The notes below the pieces were generated by a model, which had not been told where the DNA came from, did not search any database, and saw only the letters and a list, made by a program, of their open reading frames with translations. The translations under genes and the position numbers were made by a program. From the NCBI GenBank assembly GCA_043757615.1, contig JAYVPA010000181.1, forward strand, positions 1 through 48,318: a stretch of 48,318 nt of DNA, in the 5' to 3' direction. The stretch comes from Sphingobacteriales bacterium (GTDB lineage Bacteria > Bacteroidota > Bacteroidia > Chitinophagales > JADIYW01). This document shows positions 19,443 to 29,241 of this stretch, piece by piece; positions within the stretch are counted from its first letter, which is position 1, and the number at the start of each line of letters is the position of its first letter.

Positions 19443-21206
19443 CTAATCGTTGTAAATTGATTCTATCTCTTTTTGATATCGCTCGTTAATGACCTTCCGT
19501 TTTATTTTCATGGTTGGTGTCAGTTCACCTGTTTCAGGCGTCCATTCGGATTTCAGTAATTTGAATTTCTTGATTTGTTCAATATGGCTGAAATTCGGAT
19601 TTAACTCATCAACAACACTTTGGTATTTTGCAGTCACTTTCGGATTTGCAATTAATTCTTCGAGGGATGAAAACGAAATGCCGTTTTCTTTAGCAAATCC
19701 TTCTAACACATGAAATGCAGGTACGATTAAAGCAGAAACAAATTTCTTGCTTTCACCAACTACCATAATTTGTTCGATAAAGAAATTTTCTCTGAACTTG
19801 CTTTCAATCGGAGCAGGAGCTACATATTTTCCTCCAGAAGTTTTTAATAATTCTTTTTTTCTATCTGTAATTTTTAAAAATTTATTGCCTGCATTATTTG
19901 TAACGAATGTACCAACATCACCGGTGCTGAACCATCCATCTTCTGCCAGCACTTCTTTTGTTTTTTCAGGCTCTTTATAGTAGCCCATCATAATGTTCGG
20001 ACCCTTCGCTAATATTTCGCCGTCTTCCGCAATTTTAATTTCTACATCTCTTATCGGCATACCAACTGTACCTAACATTGCGCCGCCTTCTGTAAAACGG
20101 TTAAACGTTAATACAGGCGAAGTCTCCGTTAAGCCATAACCTTCTCGGATTGGAATTCCTGCTGCTGAGAATACACGCGCCATTTTTAACGGGCACGCTG
20201 CAGAACCTGTTACGATTCCCATAATTCTTCCGCCTAAACCTTCACGCCATTTAGAGAAAATTAATTTATCTGCAATTTTGAAAGTAAAAGATGGTTTTTG
20301 ATCATATTCATATTTGTCAGCCATTTCCAAAGCCCAAAAAAATAATTTCTTCTTTAAGCCTTTTAAGGCCAATCCTTTATTCACAATACCTTCGTATACT
20401 TTCTCCAGTAATCTCGGTACAGTCGTAAAGAAATGAGGACGAACAGTTCCTAATTTATCTTTCAATGTATCAATGTCAGTGTAGTATACATTCGCACCTG
20501 AATGTAAATACGTATAGATTACCATTCTTTCAAAAATATGACACAAGGGTAAAAAACTTAGCGCAGTATGTCCTGCCTGAATAGGTAATTCTGCGCGAAC
20601 AGTCAGTACATTGGAAACAATGTTATGATGTGACAACATAACACCTTTTGGTATACCTGTGGTGCCTGATGTGTAAATTAAAGTAGCTAATGCGCTTGGG
20701 TCAATAGTGTCTGAAATTGCTTTAATCTGAGCAATATCGCCGCCTTCACCTGATTGTATAATTTCCTCGTAATTGTGCGCGCCATCAACGTTATCAAATG
20801 TATAGATTTCTTTTAAAGTCGGAACCGTCGCTTTTAAATTTTTTACTTTCTCGTATAATTTTGCATCTGAAACAATACAGATTTTTGCTTCTGCATGATT
20901 CAAAATATATTCGTAATCTTTCTCACTGATAGTGGGATATAAAGGAACATTAATAGCACCGATTTGTCCGATGCCCTGATCGCAGATATTCCATTCGGTA
21001 CGGTTAGCTGAAGTTACAACTGCTACTTTATCACCTTTCTGGATGCCAAGTTTCAGTAATCCTAAACTCATGTTATTCGACAAAGTAATTAATTCATCTG
21101 TGCTCACTTTCCACCAGCTTCCGTCCTTCATGGTAGAAATTGCTGCCTGTTGTGGATGATTTTCCTTTTGATAATGTAATACGTCAAATAATCTCTTTAC
21201 TTCCAT
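19443..21206 (-). CDS. fadD: Long-chain-fatty-acid--CoA ligase (AMP-dependent synthetase), paralog 1
   Basis: AMP-binding motif YTSGTTGIPKGV plus GYGLTE and TGD..., KIKR at the C-terminus. The ATG at 21206 aligns with the paralog's N-terminus (ME-VKRLFD vs MSYTRIFD); the track's GTG at 21212 is the alternative. Confidence 0.85.
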   Translation of the reverse strand: MEVKRLFDVLHYQKENHPQQAAISTMKDGSWWKVSTDELITLSNNMSLGLLKLGIQKGDKVAVVTSANRTEWNICDQGIGQIGAINVPLYPTISEKDYEYILNHAEAKICIVSDAKLYEKVKNLKATVPTLKEIYTFDNVDGAHNYEEIIQSGEGGDIAQIKAISDTIDPSALATLIYTSGTTGIPKGVMLSHHNIVSNVLTVRAELPIQAGHTALSFLPLCHIFERMVIYTYLHSGANVYYTDIDTLKDKLGTVRPHFFTTVPRLLEKVYEGIVNKGLALKGLKKKLFFWALEMADKYEYDQKPSFTFKIADKLIFSKWREGLGGRIMGIVTGSAACPLKMARVFSAAGIPIREGYGLTETSPVLTFNRFTEGGAMLGTVGMPIRDVEIKIAEDGEILAKGPNIMMGYYKEPEKTKEVLAEDGWFSTGDVGTFVTNNAGNKFLKITDRKKELLKTSGGKYVAPAPIESKFRENFFIEQIMVVGESKKFVSALIVPAFHVLEGFAKENGISFSSLEELIANPKVTAKYQSVVDELNPNFSHIEQIKKFKLLKSEWTPETGELTPTMKIKRKVINERYQKEIESIYND

Positions 21207-21208
21207 CT

Positions 21209-23002
21209 TCACGAAATTTTATTGTAAAATGTATCTATTAAATCCTTGTATTTCTCTTTTATAACTTTTCTTCGCAGTTTCATGGTGGCTGTAAGCAACC
21301 CATTTTCCGCAGTCCATTCGTCTGCTAATAGTTCAAATTGTTTAATTTGTTCTACTTTGCCAAAGTTAACATTAAATTCTGTAATTATATCTTTGAAAAG
21401 CTGTTTTACTTGTTGATTATGAATTAATTCCTTAGTGGAAATATATGATATTTCGTTTTTTTCAGTCCATTCTTTCAGGTTTTCAAAATTCGGAATAATC
21501 AAGGCTGAAATATACTTTTCACCATCACCTTCCAGTACAATCTGGTCTACGTATTTAGATTCTTTTAATTTATTTTCAATCGGTGCCGGAGCCACATATT
21601 TTCCACCGGAAGTTTTAAAGAGTTCTTTTTTTCTGTCCGTGATTTTCAAAAAACCATCCGCTGTAAATTCACCTACATCACCTGTTAGCAACCAGCCATC
21701 TTTGTTAAAGACTTTCTGCGTTTCGTCATCATTTTTATAATAACCAAGCATTACGTTTGGTCCTTTTATCAGGATTTCGCCGTCTTCCGCAATTTTTGCC
21801 TGAACACTTGGCAATAATTTACCTACGCAACCAGCACGAAAATCTTTTGCTCTTAATGGAATTACACTTACAACTGGAGAACATTCCGTTAAACCATAAC
21901 CTTCTAAAACAGGAATTTCTGCATTAGTGAAAATAGTAGCTAATCTTGGCTGCAATGGAGCAGAACCACAGATGATTGCTTTTATTCTGCCGCCCAAAGC
22001 TTCCCGCCATTTATTGAATATAAGGTTATTTGCAACTATCAGATTTGAATTATCTGTAAATGAACGCGGTTGTCCCAATTCATTATTCTTAGCCTGTTTT
22101 AATGCCCAGAAGAAAAGTTGTTTTTTAAAACCTGTAAGAGCGGAACCTTTTTTTACAATCTTTTCATATACCCTTTCCAGTAAGCGAGGAACAGTCGTAA
22201 AATAATGTGGTCTGATGTCTTGTAAATGTTCCGAAATAGTTTCTAATCCATCAGCATAATAAATAGAAACACCTCCTGCGAAATAAACATAGTTAATTGT
22301 TCTTTCGAATACATGGCTAAGCGGCAAAAAGCTTAGCACAATTTCTCTTTTTTGTAATGGAATAGCACTCAGGCAATCTTTTACATTTGAAACAATGTTA
22401 TTGTGAGACAGCATTACACCTTTAGGTATACCTGTTGTGCCAGATGTATAAATAATAGTTGCCAGATCATTTGGCTGAATAGATTTTTTTATGGATGAAA
22501 CTTGTTCAGACAATGATTTATCTTCTGTCAATAATTCCTTCCAGTTTTTAACATTTTCAACTTCATCAAAACTATATACAGTTTTTAAACTTGATATATT
22601 CGGAATGATTTGAGAAATCTTGCGATACATCAGTTTGTCAGAAACAAAAATATATTTGACTTCAGCATGATTAAAAATAAACTCGTATTCTTTACTACTG
22701 ATAGTCGGATAAACCGGAATGTCCACCACACCGATTTGCATACATGCCAAATCAATAAAATGCCATTCAGGACGATTTGTGGTAGAAATAATAGCAATCT
22801 TATCACCTTTCTGCAAACCCAGTTGTAATAAACCCTGACTTAATTTATTAGAGATAGAAATAAAGTCATTTGTCGAATGGCTTGTCCAAGTTTTTTTACC
22901 TGCCTGCCGGTCAGGCAGGTCTTCTCTTCTGGACAGACATTTGTCTAACGGACAAGTCTTTTGCTGGAATTCAATTATATCAAATATTCGAGTATAGGAC
23001 AC
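21209..23002 (-). CDS. fadD: Long-chain-fatty-acid--CoA ligase, paralog 2 (carries an 8-aa N-terminal insertion)
   Basis: Same motif set (YTSGTTGIPKGV, GYGLTE, TGDVG, KLRR), collinear with paralog 1, extra LPDRQAGK near the N-terminus. Confidence 0.85.
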   Translation of the reverse strand: MSYTRIFDIIEFQQKTCPLDKCLSRREDLPDRQAGKKTWTSHSTNDFISISNKLSQGLLQLGLQKGDKIAIISTTNRPEWHFIDLACMQIGVVDIPVYPTISSKEYEFIFNHAEVKYIFVSDKLMYRKISQIIPNISSLKTVYSFDEVENVKNWKELLTEDKSLSEQVSSIKKSIQPNDLATIIYTSGTTGIPKGVMLSHNNIVSNVKDCLSAIPLQKREIVLSFLPLSHVFERTINYVYFAGGVSIYYADGLETISEHLQDIRPHYFTTVPRLLERVYEKIVKKGSALTGFKKQLFFWALKQAKNNELGQPRSFTDNSNLIVANNLIFNKWREALGGRIKAIICGSAPLQPRLATIFTNAEIPVLEGYGLTECSPVVSVIPLRAKDFRAGCVGKLLPSVQAKIAEDGEILIKGPNVMLGYYKNDDETQKVFNKDGWLLTGDVGEFTADGFLKITDRKKELFKTSGGKYVAPAPIENKLKESKYVDQIVLEGDGEKYISALIIPNFENLKEWTEKNEISYISTKELIHNQQVKQLFKDIITEFNVNFGKVEQIKQFELLADEWTAENGLLTATMKLRRKVIKEKYKDLIDTFYNKIS

Positions 23003-23060
23003 GCTTCAGAGAAAATGTGAATTTCAAAATTAAAAAATTAAATTCGTTGTGCAATCTATT

Positions 23061-26000
23061 ATGAAAGATTTATCTGATTTAATTTTATATAAGGCATCTG
23101 CAGGTTCAGGCAAGACGTATACACTGGCAAAAGAGTATCTGAAAATCGTCATTCTAAACCCGTACGACTATAATAAAATCCTCGCGGTTACTTTTACCAA
23201 GAAGGCGACCGCGGAGATGAAAACCCGGATTATTGAATATTTGAGTTTGTTAGAAAAAAAAGATATAAAAATTCTATCACTCCGTAATGCTGTCATTGAA
23301 GAAATTAAACAAGATAAGAATATAGATGTAACTGAACATTTTGATAAAAATGTCCGTGTTGCCCTGCAATTGATTCTGCACGATTATTCTAATTTCAATA
23401 TTTCAACGATTGATAGTTTTTTTCAGAGTATCATCCGTTCGTTTGCGAAAGAACTGGATTTGCCGATTGGTATGGAAGTGGAGCTGGATACAGATGCCGT
23501 ATTACAACAAGCAGTGCAATCCATGCTGAAAGAATATAAAACAGATAAAGATGCTTTTTCAAAATGGCTGGAAGAATATGTTTTTGATTTGATAGAAGAA
23601 GATAAAAGCTGGAAAATTGAAAAGAATATTGCTAAGCTCGGCAAACAGTTACTGAATGAAGATTATCAGTTGCTCGCAACGACAAGCAAACAGCATTTTG
23701 ATATAGAAACGTATAAAAATGCATTGACGGAATTAAAGCAGATTATTTTCAATTACAGAAAAAGACTGGATGATTCAACAAAAACTGTTGAGCAAAAAAT
23801 AAGTCAGGGCAATGTAGAACTGGGTCTGTTTTTTCAGGGAACTAAAAGCGTGCAATCATTTATTAATAATGCAAAACGGTATGAACCAGAAGCAAATTCA
23901 TATGTACAGAAAATGCTGAATGGCGAATCACTTTTTTCAAAAGCAACTGCAAAAGATGAAACACTTGCTTACCAATTAGAACAAGCCTGGAAAGATTATA
24001 TAGAATCGTATATCCAAAATATTTTACAGTTAAAAGAGCAATATCAAAAACAATATAACTCAGCGGAAATTGTTCTGAAAAATATTTATTCATTAGCCCT
24101 GCTTGAATTTATCAATGCCAAAATAAAGGAATACAAATCGGATAAAAATCTGATCCTGATTTCTGACACTAACCAGATTGTAAGCCTGATTGCTCAACAT
24201 GAAGAAGTCCCGTTCATCTTTGAAAAATCTGCCAGTTTCCTCAAATATATTTTGGTTGATGAATTTCAGGACACTTCATCTCTGCAATGGAAAGGCATGC
24301 TGCCCTTGTTGCTTGAAATACTGCAAAACATTAATGGTCTGGTCTTGATTGTCGGGGATCCTAAACAAAGTATATATCGCTGGCGTGGAGGAAAAATGGA
24401 ATTAATTATTGATGGTATTGCTGATGATTTATCCTATCACTGGAAAGACAGGAAAAATATTTCGCTGAAAGAAAATTACAGAAGCGCAAGAGAAATAGTG
24501 GAATTTAATAATGCATTTTTTTCTACGGTAAAAAATAATATCCAATTAGAAAACAGCTTATTTAAAAACGTGCTTTCTGATGTAGAGCAAAAAATCATAA
24601 ATAAGGATAAAACAGGATTTGTACAATGCAAATGGCTGGAGAAAAAAGATGACGACGATGTGCAGATGGAAGAAATTCTGAAAATTATACAATCATTAAA
24701 ACCCACTAAAAAATATGATGATATAGCCATTTTGACACGCAATAATATCCATGGAGCAGTAGTTGCTAACTATCTGCAGGAAAATAAAATTCCGGTAGTT
24801 TCTGCAGAATCATTGCTGTTGCAAAACAAGATATCAGTGAAATTGCTGATTGCTGCAATAGAATATGTTTTGAATGCTCAGGAAGATTTTTATCGCGTGA
24901 AGTTGAATTATTTATATGCAAGGTTTTTGCAAAAAGAAAATGCAGAAGAATATCTAAGCAAACAAAACAGAGAGACTTATTTTTTCGAAAAACAGGTAAG
25001 TTTATTAGACAGAAAAAATGTAGAAAAATTATCTTCGGTTGCAGTAAATGAACTGGTTTTTCTGCTGATGAATGCATTGTCACTGGATATTCAGACGGAT
25101 AATTATTTATTGCGGTTTCAGGACGTTATTTTTAAATATGTGCAAAGTTTTTCAACATCCACAAATGAATTTTTAGAATATTGGAATGAGCAAAAACATA
25201 AATTGTCTATCATTCCGCCTGAAGGAATGAACGCTGTGAAAATCTATACCATTCACAAATCAAAAGGCTTGCAGTTTCCGGTAGTTATTGTTCCGTATGC
25301 AAACTGGAGCATGAAACCAAAATCAGATTCGACCATCTGGATAAAAAGTGAAGAGCCGCCTTTTAATCAACTGAATGTTTTTCCTGCAGAGATGACTAAG
25401 AAAATGGAAAACAGTTTGTTTGAAAAAGATTATCAGAAAGAAATTGAATTGAATTATATAGACAATATCAACTTGTTGTATGTCGCATTTACAAGAGCGG
25501 AAGAGCAGCTGTACATTTTATCTGCTGCTGAAAAAACACCTAAGGATGAGACGTTTCCGCAAAATGTCAGCAGACTGCTTACGGCAATCATTCCAAAATT
25601 AAATCTGAAAGATAGTGTATCAGATATAAATGAATTTTCATTCGGCAATGCAACTACAATAGCATCCAATGAAGATGAAGCAATGGCGGTTGTTATATTG
25701 AAGCCAACATTGTTCCATAATTTTAAAACCAAAATTCCGTTAGCCACAAAGAAAGAATATAATGAAGCCCAGATAAAAGGGAATGTTCTGCATAATGTCT
25801 TATCTAAAATAAATCATCCAAGCCAGTTGCAAAAGGCAATTGCTACAACAGTTATTGATGAAATCGAATTATATACAAATGCGTCTCAAAAGGTGATTGA
25901 TTTCTTTATAAAGAAAGAGTGGTTTGGTGAAAACTGGCAGCAAATTAATGAAAGAAGTTTATATTATAAAAATGAAATACTGCGTGCTGACAGAATTTTA

Positions 26001-26168
26001 TTGTGTGATAATGAATGTATTATTATTGATTACAAGACAGGTGCAAAAGAAAATACACACGAACAACAATTAAAGATATACAAAGAAGCATATTCCACTT
26101 TTTTCCCGCATAAAATATCAGCATATCTTTTATATACGGATACGCTGGAGTTAAAAGAGATAAACTAG
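23061..26168 (+). CDS. AddA/RecB-like UvrD-family helicase with a C-terminal PD-(D/E)XK nuclease domain
   Basis: Walker A ASAGSGKT, ILVDEFQDTS, VGDPKQSIYRWRGG, HKSKGLQF, VAFTRA. C-terminal nuclease motifs RADRILL and IIDYKTG. The ATG at 23061 is preferred over the upstream GTG at 23049. Confidence 0.85.
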   Translation: MKDLSDLILYKASAGSGKTYTLAKEYLKIVILNPYDYNKILAVTFTKKATAEMKTRIIEYLSLLEKKDIKILSLRNAVIEEIKQDKNIDVTEHFDKNVRVALQLILHDYSNFNISTIDSFFQSIIRSFAKELDLPIGMEVELDTDAVLQQAVQSMLKEYKTDKDAFSKWLEEYVFDLIEEDKSWKIEKNIAKLGKQLLNEDYQLLATTSKQHFDIETYKNALTELKQIIFNYRKRLDDSTKTVEQKISQGNVELGLFFQGTKSVQSFINNAKRYEPEANSYVQKMLNGESLFSKATAKDETLAYQLEQAWKDYIESYIQNILQLKEQYQKQYNSAEIVLKNIYSLALLEFINAKIKEYKSDKNLILISDTNQIVSLIAQHEEVPFIFEKSASFLKYILVDEFQDTSSLQWKGMLPLLLEILQNINGLVLIVGDPKQSIYRWRGGKMELIIDGIADDLSYHWKDRKNISLKENYRSAREIVEFNNAFFSTVKNNIQLENSLFKNVLSDVEQKIINKDKTGFVQCKWLEKKDDDDVQMEEILKIIQSLKPTKKYDDIAILTRNNIHGAVVANYLQENKIPVVSAESLLLQNKISVKLLIAAIEYVLNAQEDFYRVKLNYLYARFLQKENAEEYLSKQNRETYFFEKQVSLLDRKNVEKLSSVAVNELVFLLMNALSLDIQTDNYLLRFQDVIFKYVQSFSTSTNEFLEYWNEQKHKLSIIPPEGMNAVKIYTIHKSKGLQFPVVIVPYANWSMKPKSDSTIWIKSEEPPFNQLNVFPAEMTKKMENSLFEKDYQKEIELNYIDNINLLYVAFTRAEEQLYILSAAEKTPKDETFPQNVSRLLTAIIPKLNLKDSVSDINEFSFGNATTIASNEDEAMAVVILKPTLFHNFKTKIPLATKKEYNEAQIKGNVLHNVLSKINHPSQLQKAIATTVIDEIELYTNASQKVIDFFIKKEWFGENWQQINERSLYYKNEILRADRILLCDNECIIIDYKTGAKENTHEQQLKIYKEAYSTFFPHKISAYLLYTDTLELKEIN

Positions 26169-26170
26169 TT

Positions 26171-27154
26171 ATGGAACATACTGCGCAACAATATTATCGG
26201 GATAATTTTGAAATTATTGAACTGAAAAATGAAATTACTTCCGCTAAGATAGCAGTGAATATTGGCAATACATTATTTTCTTTAAAACAGAATGATGAGA
26301 AATTATACTTTCCATTCTCTTTACATGAATATAAATCAAATACAAAATTAGCAGGTGTTCCATTTATGCACCCATGGGCAAACCGTTTAAAAAACGATTG
26401 TATTTTAGTTGAAAATGGACGATATGATTTTCCTTCCGAACATAAAAAATTATTATACAGAGATGGTAATAATTTAGCGATGCACGGTTTGTTATTAAAG
26501 TCTTCTACATGGAAAACCATTGAGTTACATGAAGATGAAAATTACTGTTCTCATACAGCAGAATTAATTTTTGATGATGCAGCTTTTCTTTCTATTTTCC
26601 CTTTCATACATAAGATTCGAATCAAACATATGTTGCAAAACAAGGAATTGAATATTGAAACAACAATTCTAAATTTAGATGAAAAAGATATGCCAATGAG
26701 TTTTGGATTTCATCCATACTTTTTTAGGAAAAACAGGGATGAACAATTATGCATTGCTGCAAAAAGTGTTATAGCTGTAAATGATGTAATGATTCCGACC
26801 GGTAATGTAATTGCAAAAGAAAGTAAATGGAATTTCACAGATGATAAAATTTCTTTACAAAATATTTCATTCGATGATGGATTTCAGGATTTAAAATTAA
26901 ATGAAAATAAGCAAACAGTATTTTCTATACAACCAAGCCAGACTGTGCAAGCAGAAGGTCAGGCTGAACATATCGAAATCCGATTGGATAAAAATTACCC
27001 ATTCGCACAAATCTACGCACCTTCAAATCCGGAAAAACCATACGTATGCATTGAACCCATGACAGCCATTACAAATGCACTGAGTACAAACAATTGTAAG
27101 AAAATAAAAAAAGACGAAAGTTTTACTGCAAGTTTCTCTATTGTCCTCTCATAA
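26171..27154 (+). CDS. Aldose 1-epimerase (galactose mutarotase-like) family protein
   Basis: Motifs HPWANRL, HGLL, FGFHPYF and CIEPMT are characteristic of the aldose epimerase superfamily. Confidence 0.75.
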   Translation: MEHTAQQYYRDNFEIIELKNEITSAKIAVNIGNTLFSLKQNDEKLYFPFSLHEYKSNTKLAGVPFMHPWANRLKNDCILVENGRYDFPSEHKKLLYRDGNNLAMHGLLLKSSTWKTIELHEDENYCSHTAELIFDDAAFLSIFPFIHKIRIKHMLQNKELNIETTILNLDEKDMPMSFGFHPYFFRKNRDEQLCIAAKSVIAVNDVMIPTGNVIAKESKWNFTDDKISLQNISFDDGFQDLKLNENKQTVFSIQPSQTVQAEGQAEHIEIRLDKNYPFAQIYAPSNPEKPYVCIEPMTAITNALSTNNCKKIKKDESFTASFSIVLS

Positions 27155-27170
27155 ATCATAATCAAAAATA

Positions 27171-27246
27171 ATAGAACACTGATTTATGTGATTTTTAAGA
27201 TTCTCTCAGCACGAAATCATAATTATCTTTAAAATCTGCGTTCTAT
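27171..27246. terminator. Long imperfect hairpin between convergent genes, probable bidirectional terminator
   Basis: Outer stem ATAGAAC/GTTCTAT (7 bp) plus inner stem 27190..27201/27225..27236 (11 of 12 pairs). A/T runs flank both sides. Confidence 0.45.
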
Positions 27247-27284
27247 TTCTGATAAGATTGAATGATTTGATATTCATTAAGGTT

Positions 27285-27884
27285 TTATTGTTTTATAAAA
27301 CCAAAACATTTCATTCTGAAGTATTCATCAAACGCAGTGCACAGAGTAATATTATTTTTACTCAGAAATTCTGGATGAGAAATTGCATTGAAAAACATGC
27401 GGTCACTTATCACTAAAATAGACGTATGAATATCATTAAAGATGCCTTCCTTTTTCCCTTCATTATAAAAGTCAGTTAGTACATCTGTCACATATTCGAT
27501 GAATGTCTGCACCTGTTTCCAAAGCAACGGGTATTCTATCTGTAAATCTGCCAGGAATAAATTTGAAATATCTGTAAAGCTTGTAGAAAATAATTCAAGA
27601 ATTGAGTACAATCTTTTTTCATACGACAATGAATTTTTTTTAGAGATAGCTTCAAAACCGGACAACTGTGAAATAACATTCAGAAGGCAGATTTCTACCA
27701 TTTCATCTTTCGAACTGAAATAATGATATAATGTCCCCTTACTCACTTTCAATTCAGCAGCAATGCTATCCATGGAATATTTTTTTAACCCATATTTTTT
27801 AAAAGCCTCCATCAACTTCACGATATATAAGTCACGTTTCTTCTGATTAGAATTTCTTTCTTTTATAACTGCATTTCTACCCAT
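27285..27884 (-). CDS. TetR/AcrR family transcriptional regulator
   Basis: N-terminal HTH SMDSIAAELKVSKGTLYHYFSSKDEM. 199 aa, divergent from alkB. Confidence 0.9.
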   Translation of the reverse strand: MGRNAVIKERNSNQKKRDLYIVKLMEAFKKYGLKKYSMDSIAAELKVSKGTLYHYFSSKDEMVEICLLNVISQLSGFEAISKKNSLSYEKRLYSILELFSTSFTDISNLFLADLQIEYPLLWKQVQTFIEYVTDVLTDFYNEGKKEGIFNDIHTSILVISDRMFFNAISHPEFLSKNNITLCTAFDEYFRMKCFGFIKQ

Positions 27885-28015
27885 ACCACTTTACAAATGT
27901 TAATTAAACATCACCTTAAGCTATAAAATTAAACTAAAATTGCTAAAATAGTTTGATTTTGTGGAATAATTTTATTAAATTAGTCAAATCAATTTCAAGG
28001 AATAATAAAAAATGT

Positions 28016-29173
28016 ATGAATACGGTTCAAATTCAAAATACAATACAAAAAAGTGAAATGACGAAGCTGCATAAAATCTGGCGTCGTTATAAATATTTTA
28101 CGCCGGTCATTATTATCCCTGCCATCATGTTTATTTCGTTTCATTATTTAGGCTATTGGTCATTTTTTGCATTTGTGTTTGTGTATGGATTTATCCCTAC
28201 GATGGAATTCATTTTTACAGGAACTACAGAAAATTTTACGGCTGAAGAGGAAGCTGAAGAACGAAAAGATATTTATTATGATATTTTGGTTTATAGTATG
28301 CTGCCGCTGCAATACATGATTTTAGGTTTATACTTATGGACAATAACTACAAAGCCATTACAATGGTATGAATTTATAGGTATCACTACGGCGATGGGTT
28401 TAGCTTGCGGCGCATTAGGAATTAATGTGGCGCACGAACTTGGACATCGTACAAAAAAATATGAGCAATGGATGTCAAAAGCTTTATTGCTATCGTCTTT
28501 GTACATGCACTTTTATATTGAACATAATCGCGGCCACCATAAAAATGTTTCTACACCTATGGACTCGGCAACTTCCAGATTGAATGAATCTATATATGCA
28601 TTTTTCCCGAGAACTGTTTTTGGTTCATGGATATCGGCATGGCATTTAGAAAGACATCGTTTGAATAAAATGAAACAAAATTTCTGGAGCCCGGTACACA
28701 ATGAAATGTTGCGTTTTCAGATCATACAAGTGCTTTTTATAGCGTTAATTTATGCTGTGTTTGGCTGGATAGGTGTGCTTGGTTTTATTGCGTCCGCCAC
28801 TATGGGTTTTTTATTGTTAGAGATAGTCAATTATATAGAACATTATGGTTTAATGCGCAAACAATTACCAAATGGTTCTTATGAAAAAGTAAAACCGCAT
28901 CATTCCTGGAATTCAGGTCATGAGTTAGGAAGAATATTTTTATTTGAATTGACCCGTCACAGCGATCATCATTTTAATCCAGGCAGAAAATATCAGATAT
29001 TACGCCATTTTGAAAAAGCACCACAAATGCCGACAGGCTATTTGGCGATGATACCATTGGCATTATTTCCGCCACTGTGGTTTAAGATAATGAATCCTTT
29101 AGTGGAGAAACACAATGCAACAGTGACAGATGAATATGTGAGCTCACTTGAAACTCCTGTGGAAGCAGAATAG
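28016..29173 (+). CDS. alkB: Alkane 1-monooxygenase (AlkB, membrane di-iron fatty-acid desaturase superfamily)
   Basis: Histidine boxes HELGHR, EHNRGHH and HSDHH plus NYIEHYGL. The ATG at 28016 gives ~385 aa; the track's TTG at 27953 is the alternative. Confidence 0.85.
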   Translation: MNTVQIQNTIQKSEMTKLHKIWRRYKYFTPVIIIPAIMFISFHYLGYWSFFAFVFVYGFIPTMEFIFTGTTENFTAEEEAEERKDIYYDILVYSMLPLQYMILGLYLWTITTKPLQWYEFIGITTAMGLACGALGINVAHELGHRTKKYEQWMSKALLLSSLYMHFYIEHNRGHHKNVSTPMDSATSRLNESIYAFFPRTVFGSWISAWHLERHRLNKMKQNFWSPVHNEMLRFQIIQVLFIALIYAVFGWIGVLGFIASATMGFLLLEIVNYIEHYGLMRKQLPNGSYEKVKPHHSWNSGHELGRIFLFELTRHSDHHFNPGRKYQILRHFEKAPQMPTGYLAMIPLALFPPLWFKIMNPLVEKHNATVTDEYVSSLETPVEAE

Positions 29174-29215
29174 GATTTCTCTCCAATACCATATTTTTTA
29201 GGCATAATATTTGCC

Positions 29216-29223
29216 TATCTTTG
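29216..29223 (+). promoter_or_regulatory. Candidate -7 promoter box (TATCTTTG = TAnnTTTG) for the TlpA gene
   Basis: Perfect consensus match 19 nt upstream of the ATG at 29242. No clear -33 TTG at canonical spacing. Confidence 0.35.
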
Positions 29224-29241
29224 CATTACAAATTAACAAGA

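Noticed and set aside
27953-28015. N-terminal extensions proposed by the ORF track (27953 TTG for alkB, 29221 for TlpA, 34572 for the small lipoprotein, 23049 GTG for the helicase-nuclease, 21212 GTG for fadD paralog 1)
   Set aside because: In each case an internal ATG gives a canonical N-terminus (a signal peptide, lipobox or family-typical start). The extension would bury the signal peptide or cover the likely promoter.
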